From NCBI GenBank assembly GCA_964252035.1, contig OZ176206.1: 64,000 bases of DNA. One strand, 5' to 3'. Position 1 is the stretch's first letter; each line of letters begins with the position of its first letter. Below, piece after piece: positions 57,241-64,000 of the stretch. This DNA is from Podarcis erhardii (lineage: Eukaryota). Position numbers and translations under genes: made by a program. The notes beneath the pieces were generated by a model. It did not search any database and was not told the origin of the DNA. It was given only the letters and a program-made list of their open reading frames with translations.

Positions 57241-58505
57241 AGGCTCTGCCTTCAGGGCGGAGGCAGCAATGCTCCCAAATTCCAGTCGCTGGCCAATAAC
57301 AAGTGGGGAGAATGGCAGTTTTTGCTTGGGTCCTGCTTGTGGGCTTTCCATTGGGGCATCTGGTTGGTCCCTGTGAAAACAGGAGTTGCAACCAGATAGG
57401 CCATTGATCAGATACAGCTGTATTGTTCAGTTCTTATTATCTTAAGCGGACCCGTGCATATCAGCACCTGCCAATTTGCGTCATGGGTCTGTGCCCTAAG
57501 GACCTAGCTACCCTCCTGCCCAAATCCTACAGGCAGCTCTTCTCCAGGGTAACAGGCCCCATCTACTCTCTCTCCTTTCCCTCTTGTCAATAATGCCCTA
57601 TGGCTGAATGTGTTGTACTGTGTTAGGCTGCAGACATATCACTCTTGGGAAGCTTGCGGCTTCCTAGAAGCATCTGACTAGTCACTGTGCTGGGCTAAGT
57701 GGGCCTGATCCAGCTGCAGGGCTCTTCTGACAGTCTTACATGCCTTCTTTAGCTCCAGCGTGTGTGGCTGATGCTTAGAGATGATGATATGTGTCACCAG
57801 CAGCATCTGCCTTTGAGCTTGTGGGGAGCTTCCAGTTTGTTTTGACCTTCCTCCTGGGAAGCTGGAGAGAGGAGGCTGAACAAGGGGCTCTGTGTGAGTC
57901 TCCACGCCCCCTTCCTGTTCATTGCTTTGCAAGTTATTTATAGAGCGGGTGCGAGGAGCCAGCAAGGGAGACACCTGAGCCGAGACGCCTCTGTGCTCTG
58001 CCCCAGCACCAGCCGCCCTCCTGGGAATCTTCCCTGCGGGAGTTCTCCATACAGCTGTCGAAGGACATTAGGAGGATTTTCTCTCATTCCCATCGAGCGG
58101 CTGCCCTTGGGGCAGACATTTTCTCCCTCGGCAAAGCCTCCCCCAGTGAGCTTTGGGGACCATCACAACCCTGCAAACATACATGTGCAGGGCCCAGAAA
58201 GGAGCTTTTGTAAGGGTGGCTGGTGGCCCCAGTCCCATGCCCACAGCTGATCATTGGGATGTGCAGAGGAACGGAGTCTTCCTCTTGGTGGGGAGAAGCC
58301 ATGAAGTTTGCCCCATCAGCCAGGCTAGCATGGTTAAGCCCTGTAGACTTCAGACGAAGGATGCAGCTGAAGTCTGTGTACAGCACAGGTGGGTAGCCTA
58401 TACGCCCATCCCAACTATTCCTATCCACCCCAACCAAAACAGCTAAAGGTGAGGGATTGATGGGTGTTGTAGTCTACAAACACCTGGCGGGTACCACATC
58501 TCCAT

Positions 58506-58645
58506 CATAGAATAGAATTGTAGAGTTGGAAGGGATCATGACGGTCATCTGGTCCAAATCCTGCCCACAGCCATCCCTGGGTGGTCTCAAACCACCAACC
58601 TTCTGGTTAACGGCCAGGCGCACTAACCCATTGTGCCACAAGAGG
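58506..58645 (-). mobile_element. SINE with a tRNA-Asn-like head and a CR1-like tail
   Basis: Head TGTGGCACAATGGGTTAGTGCG...GTTAACCAGAAGGTTGGTGGTTTGAGACCACCCAGGG; tail CCCTTCCAACTCTACAATTCTAT. Confidence 0.8.
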
Positions 58646-59126
58646 GCCATCCCCCCCAAGCTACAGGTTGGTTCTTGTCAGAGTCTGAGAGCATCAGACA
58701 CAGGCCTGAAGCTGATTCTCTTTGCCACAGATGATAGTGGCCCTGTACCCCATTTTCCCTAAGGAAATTAGCACACCCCTTTTTTTGTTTCTGGGTTTGA
58801 TCAGAGCCTGGTCTTGCTTGAAGGAATGCTGAGGTGTCTCAGCGAGGGGCATTTGGGCTTGCAAGCAAACATAGGACGTGGGCAGTTCTCCCCCAATTAA
58901 GAAATGCATTTGTTGGTGTGTAGCAAAGAGCCTTCATGGATCAAAGTCATGTTCTGCATTCTCCAGGGGGAATACCTCTGCCCCAAATCTTAGGAGATTT
59001 GCTGCTGCTTGTAAGAAGGCACGGTTTAACGCAGTACAAAGGAGCTCAATTAGATGGAGCTGTTGCCTTATGTAAGTGAACCGTTAGGGTGAACCATGTG
59101 CCCTGAGCCACAGTCTTGTGTGCGAG

Positions 59127-59198
59127 TCCTGCATTTTTGGGGGTCAGGCCAGATGACCCCTGGGGTCCCTTCCAACTCTACAGGTCAATGATTCCGTG
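59127..59198 (+). mobile_element. CR1-type SINE tail ending just before the KLHL21 exon 2 branch point
   Basis: GGCCAGATGACCCCTGGGGTCCCTTCCAACTCTACA. Confidence 0.7.
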
Positions 59199-59226
59199 CT
59201 AATGGGACGCGGTGCTCTGCCCCTAG

Positions 59227-59632
59227 GAGGTTCCGACGGCTCGAGGCTCTACGACTGCGTCTGGCGCTACAACTCCAGCGTGAACGAGTGGACGGAGGTG
59301 TCTCCCATGCTGAAGGCCCGCGAATACCACAGCTCCGTGGTCCTGGACGGGCTGCTCTACGTGGTAGCCTCTGACAGCACCGAGCGCTACGACCACACGC
59401 TGGACTCCTGGGAGCCCCTGCAGCCCATGCTCTACCCCATGGACAATTGCTCCACCACCGCCTGCCGCGGAAAGCTCTACGCCACCGGCTCCTTGTCCGG
59501 CAAGGAGTCCATGGTCATGCAGTGCTACGACCCCGAGTCAGACCTGTGGTCCTTGGTGAACTGCGGGCAGCTGCCCCCCTGGTCGTTCGCACCCAAGACC
59601 GTCACTCTCAGCGGGCTGATGTATTTTGTCAG
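59227..59632 (+). CDS. KLHL21: KLHL21 exon 2 (Kelch repeats)
   Basis: Branch ctaat, acceptor gcccctag, donor gtaagg, 406 nt. Confidence 0.98.
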
Positions 59633-62249
59633 GTAAGGGCTGCCATCTCTTCTCAAGATGGGGTGAGGGTGGGAATGTGCAACCTAGAATTGTAAAAAAA
59701 AGCCACTTGTCCCACCCACACAATAGCCCTGCTAGGCCAGAAACAGGGATGTGTCTGCATAGGAGTTTTTACGAGCTTCTTTGTGAATGTGTTTGATCTC
59801 TCTGGTGTTTTTGGAGGGTTGTGGCATGCTGATCCAGTTATGCAACATCCCGGACTGGGCAGGGGGTGGGAAGGAACGCTTGCCCCCCCCATCCCCCTAG
59901 AAGGAACTTTGCTTCATACCTCCAAAGCTCTTTCTGCAGAGTAAGTTGGCAAAGCTTAGGGAAAGGAGCTTCCAAGTGCCTGTTGCTTCCCAGAGGTGGC
60001 TCCCTGGTGCCCTTCATCGAGAGGGGCTGTGGTAGCTCAGGTTCCTGCTATCTGAAAGGCACTCGAGCCCTTCAGCCAGTGATGGGCTGAGCTCGTGATC
60101 GAGCGAGGTCTGAAAATAGTTCGGATAAGCTTGTTATCTTTCAAGTTGGCCGAGGGGAGTGGCGAGGAGGGGGGAGGAAGGAGAAGGGGTAAGCTGCCCC
60201 TTTCCTTGTTGGGATTTGGGCACCTGCTCTGTTCAGGTTGCAGTTCATGCTCTGTAGACTTCAGAAATGGGTTCCAGAACCAGCTTAAGACCTGATGGAT
60301 CTTCGCTGTGCCAGGAAACTCCCATCGGTTGAGGAGCCTCCATGTGACTGTAGCTGCCACATCCCACTCACTGCCATCGGTCACCCATTCACTTGCCCAG
60401 GCAGGGGCCAGGGACTGCTACAGCTGTGGCCCCTACAGTCACCAAGAGGCTTCCTCTGGTGTGGAGGCTCATTTGGTTCCTCCTGTGTGAACAGGGGCTG
60501 GGCGGAGCTTCCTTGTGACCTTCAGTCTCATCCTTCATCTAGAAATCAGACAATCTTTTTTGGGGGGGGGTTGGGGAGGTACAGCATACTCTTCCCAGTG
60601 AATGAACAGCTGCTGCATGGGGCCTCATTATAGCTCTGGGGTCCAAATAGGGACTTTCCTGATTCTTGGCTCAATCAGGGCCTAGTACAAAACCCTCAGA
60701 GGGTGCCAGGATGGTGAAACTCGCTTTCACACCCTTGTCCGGCTTACTATAGCCACTTGGTCCCTGCAGGTCTCTTTTCTCTCCTGCAGTGCTAGCTTCT
60801 GCCTAATTTGGGGGCAGGACATGCATCCCGTTTCCCCAGATGTAAAGAAAATCCTTTTTTGAAAGCAGAAATTGCCCCCTGATCCTGAAGCTTGAAATGA
60901 ATCTTAAGGGGCTTCAATCCTCTGGTGCAGGCAAGGAACGGGAAGCTTGGAATTCCTGCTGCTGAGATTCATTCTGGCCCATTCCACCCCCACCCCCACC
61001 CCCGTCTCTTCCAGCCCCACTGAGATTTAACAGTTGCTTGCTAAAGCGTTTGGCTGCTCTACTCCCCAGCAGCAATTGTGCATTCTGCAACCCTCCAGAG
61101 CTCGGCTTGAGAAATAGTTCAGATTCCTGCAGAGGCTCCAGAAACATTTTGCAGCTCCCAAAGCCGACAGGACAGTGACCCTCACCCCCCCCCTTTCACT
61201 TTGCACCCACCTCCCCAAACTTTTCTGCTAAGTGCCACATTTCATTGTAAACACAGTTGCCCAACGAAGTTAAACGAATTCAATTGGCATTTGACATTTG
61301 CTGGGATGGGAGGAGGAAGCAGCCCAGGAGAAAGTTCTGAGCCTTTCCGTTTCAGCTGGGAGTTTTGTGGTAGCCTTGATGGGTTCCCAGGCTGCCATTC
61401 TGAGGGTCAGAAAAAGAACATTTCTTTTGTCATCGACACCCCTCACCTGTTGCTGTCAGGCTCCGTATTTCGTGAACAGAGCAAGGAGACGGGCATTACG
61501 CAACGGTTCAGGAAGCTTCTAGGGTTTCTCCTTTTATTTCCTTCCCCTCCTCCAAAAAAAGATGGATGGAAACTGCAGGCAGCTCCTCCTCATCCAAAGT
61601 CTAGCTCAGTGGTTCAGGCCACCATCGCCTTGGCTCCATAAACTCATAAACCCCTGTGCTCCCCACCCTATAAATAGCATTATTCATGCTCCAGTAAGGA
61701 AGGTAATATAGCACAAAGCATTCAAAACAGTAGCCATTAATTGCACATTTATTCATGTTCCAGTTAAAACTATTGAGCTTATTAATTCCACATAACTGCT
61801 AGACTTGATCCAGTGGTACCAGCTTTTCAAAGTCTTGATAGTCTAAAACATCTGGAGGTCCACAGGCTGAGGAATGCTGCTTTTAGAGAGGCTATGGAAA
61901 GAGCAGATTGCAAATCTCTGGAAGGTTGGGGGCAAGCAGAGGACAGAGAAAGGGACATTTTTTGCAGGTTTGGTGTATTTGCACAAGGACCTCCTCCTCC
62001 TCATCTTCCTTTCCATCAATCCTACCAACCAGAATCTTTATTTTCTAAGTTGCTCACAAAAGGCCCTGGAAATCTTGAGACTGCGTGTGCGCGCCAAGCG
62101 CTATGAGGTCTGAGTGGATTGGGTCCCTTTGCCCCGTTAAGGAATAAAGTAGACACTCGAGGACTGTGCCTTCCCTCCCATCCGCACAACAAGGCTGGGG
62201 GGTGTTTGGATCTTCTTCTCGGTCACCTCTACTTGATTTCCTTCTGCAG

Positions 62250-62322
62250 GGACGACTCTGCTGAAGTCGATGTCTACAACCCAGCAAAGAACGAATGGGA
62301 CAAGATCCCTCCAATGCTTCAG
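62250..62322 (+). CDS. KLHL21: KLHL21 exon 3 ([24 protein letters not shown])
   Basis: Acceptor ttctgcag, donor gtgagg, 73 nt. Confidence 0.97.
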
Positions 62323-62994
62323 GTGAGGGTCTCGGATCTTTAAAGAGCAGTAATTGGAACTGAAGGGGGAGGAGATTGAAGAGTCCAGACCAAAGGTGGC
62401 AATGGAGCCTTAGCGAGAGAGGGTTGGATTACTCCAATGTGCTTTTTGTGGGGGAATCCCTTGCACTTGATCTGGGAGCCGCAGTTAGTGCAGATTGCTG
62501 CAGCATGGTTGCTGTCAGGAGAGAGACTCTCCTGTTACGCCTGTGCCCATTTGCTGCCAGTTCAAGGCATCGCTATTAGAATAGTCAATCAAGATCCTTT
62601 ATTAGGCATAGCAAACCACACATTATCAAACAGACACCGTATACAAATTGTGCAAAGTACAAACTCAACATAACAAGGTTTGTCCCAGTCATATCTTTAA
62701 CTCCAGAGAAAATCAATTTGCATAAATAATACAATGCAGCACTACCAAATCCCTGATCATTTTCATTAGAATAGAAAAGCCTTTTTTAAAGTCCAGCCCA
62801 CCATTTCAATTTGAAAGGGCATCCAATTGCATCCGAACACAGACAAAAACCTGCTCCTTGATCTCGGGAACGACGCTGCACCATTTGGTTTACGATATCT
62901 TAAAAGGCTTCCGGAAGCATAGCAAGCAGGCGACCAACCTCCCAAAATGCAGAGTAGATTGCTTGGTTTGTACACCGCTCTTCTTTTCTTCCAG

Positions 62995-63288
62995 GTGCAC
63001 GTTGGAGGGAGCTTGGCCGTCCTGGGAGGGAAGCTCTACGTCTCTGGCGGCTACGACAACACCTTTGAACTCTCGGCGATGCTGGAGTCCTACGATCCGG
63101 AGACCCGCAAGTGGAGCTTGGCTGGCCAGCTGCCTGAGCCGATTTTCTGGCACAGCAGCGTCAGCATTTTCCGCCAGTTCATGCCCGAGACGCTGGAAGA
63201 GGGCGAGGAGCGCCCCTTGGACAACGCCATCAGCCTGAACCGCCAGCGCCAGAACCTCCACAACCTGAACCTGAACGAGTTGCGCTAG
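62995..63288 (+). CDS. KLHL21: KLHL21 exon 4 coding part ([27 protein letters not shown]...NELR, stop TAG)
   Basis: Acceptor ttcttccag, last Kelch repeat, TAG at 63286-63288. Confidence 0.97.
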   Translation: MHVGGSLAVLGGKLYVSGGYDNTFELSAMLESYDPETRKWSLAGQLPEPIFWHSSVSIFRQFMPETLEEGEERPLDNAISLNRQRQNLHNLNLNELR

Positions 63289-63682
63289 CAGTCAGACAGC
63301 TTGTCTCTGGGGCTTGGAGGAAATCTGTGGCGCCGCTTCTTGGGGAGGCAAGCTGGGAGAGGATTGGGAGGCGGGTGTCCTCGGCTGCGAGGACTGCATG
63401 GGTGGCGAGGAGGGCAAGGAGCGGGCTCTTTGAGATCAACAGTGCTGTCTTCAGGGGAATCCCTGAAAAGAGAGGTGTCCAATTCTCCTCCGGTTCCTTC
63501 CTGGCAGTTCCCAAGGAGTTTGAAAATAGCTGATCAGAAAACTTCCCCTTAGGCTAACATGGTCTGGTGCTGTTTTGCTTAAAAATAGCCAAATGAAGGC
63601 ATGAGCACAGTTCACGTAAAGTCATTATGCATGGAGAGGAGAACACAGATAGAGCAAAGGCTTTCCTTCCCCTTGCTCAACA

Positions 63683-64000
63683 CTAGAATTTGAGGTCTCC
63701 CCATGAAATCGAAAGACAGTAGGTTCAGGAGAGACACACCACACTGAATTTATTTATGGTACTCCTTGCCACAAGATGTGATGTCCCCTTGTAGCGTTTC
63801 TGCAGGAGATGCCCAGCGGCCATTTTTATTCAGGTTAGCTCAGTGAAACGTCCTTGTGTGGGAGACTAGAGTGCCACTAAATGCTAGTTGGCAAGAGAGA
63901 GCTTTTGTGCTTGCCAGAAGCTTCTGGCTAACCACTGTCAGAAATGGGGGTGTTGGGTTAGACGGACCCTTCGCTGCATCCAGCAAGGCTCTTCCTGTGT
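63683..64000 (+). mobile_element. CR1 remnant downstream of the KLHL21 stop (probably in the 3'UTR)
   Basis: CCCCATGAAATCGAA...AGGTTCAGGAGAGAC, GCCACAAGATGTG and a 3' end ATCCAGCAAGGCTCTTC. Confidence 0.6.

Larger units (their letters stand above)
55993..63288 (+). other. KLHL21: Gene model, Kelch-like protein 21 (BTB-BACK-Kelch CUL3 adaptor), 600 aa: join(55993-57022,59227-59632,62250-62322,62995-63288)
   Basis: 1030+406+73+294 = 1803 nt with consistent phases and GT-AG borders. The Kelch region is nearly identical to KLHL21 ([34 protein letters not shown]). Confidence 0.97.

Overview
Vertebrate nuclear DNA from a squamate reptile, probably a lacertid lizard (judged from Sauria/Squam1- and Squam3-type SINEs). 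It is syntenic with human 1p36.31. The window holds three spliced genes, all with GT-AG introns. DNAJC11 (+) has exons 2-16 here (1608 coding nt including the stop); exon 1 lies upstream of the window. PHF13/SPOC1 (-) has 4 exons and encodes 292 aa. KLHL21 (+) has 4 exons, encodes 600 aa and is divergent from PHF13. The rest is intronic or intergenic DNA with SINEs, CR1/L2/L1 remnants, hAT and Tc2-like MITEs, one solo LTR and microsatellites. No prokaryotic features, CRISPR arrays, rRNA or real tRNA genes were seen. The most notable observations: (1) THAP3, which lies between PHF13 and DNAJC11 in human, is absent here. (2) A 136-bp hairpin hAT MITE family carries ACTACAAYTCCCA, the THAP11/ZNF143/HCF-1 promoter motif, and a version of this motif also sits in the PHF13 promoter. 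(3) An OC1-like MITE, from a family known for horizontal transfer, lies upstream of KLHL21. (4) One CR1-type SINE tail is joined to two different tRNA heads. (5) The KLHL21 BTB-BACK exon shows extreme GC/Ala drift. (6) The 17.8-kb DNAJC11 intron 4 has candidate promoter, antisense-exon and enhancer signals. I found no clearly new biological system. Comparisons with reference proteins and repeat consensi are from memory and were not computed.
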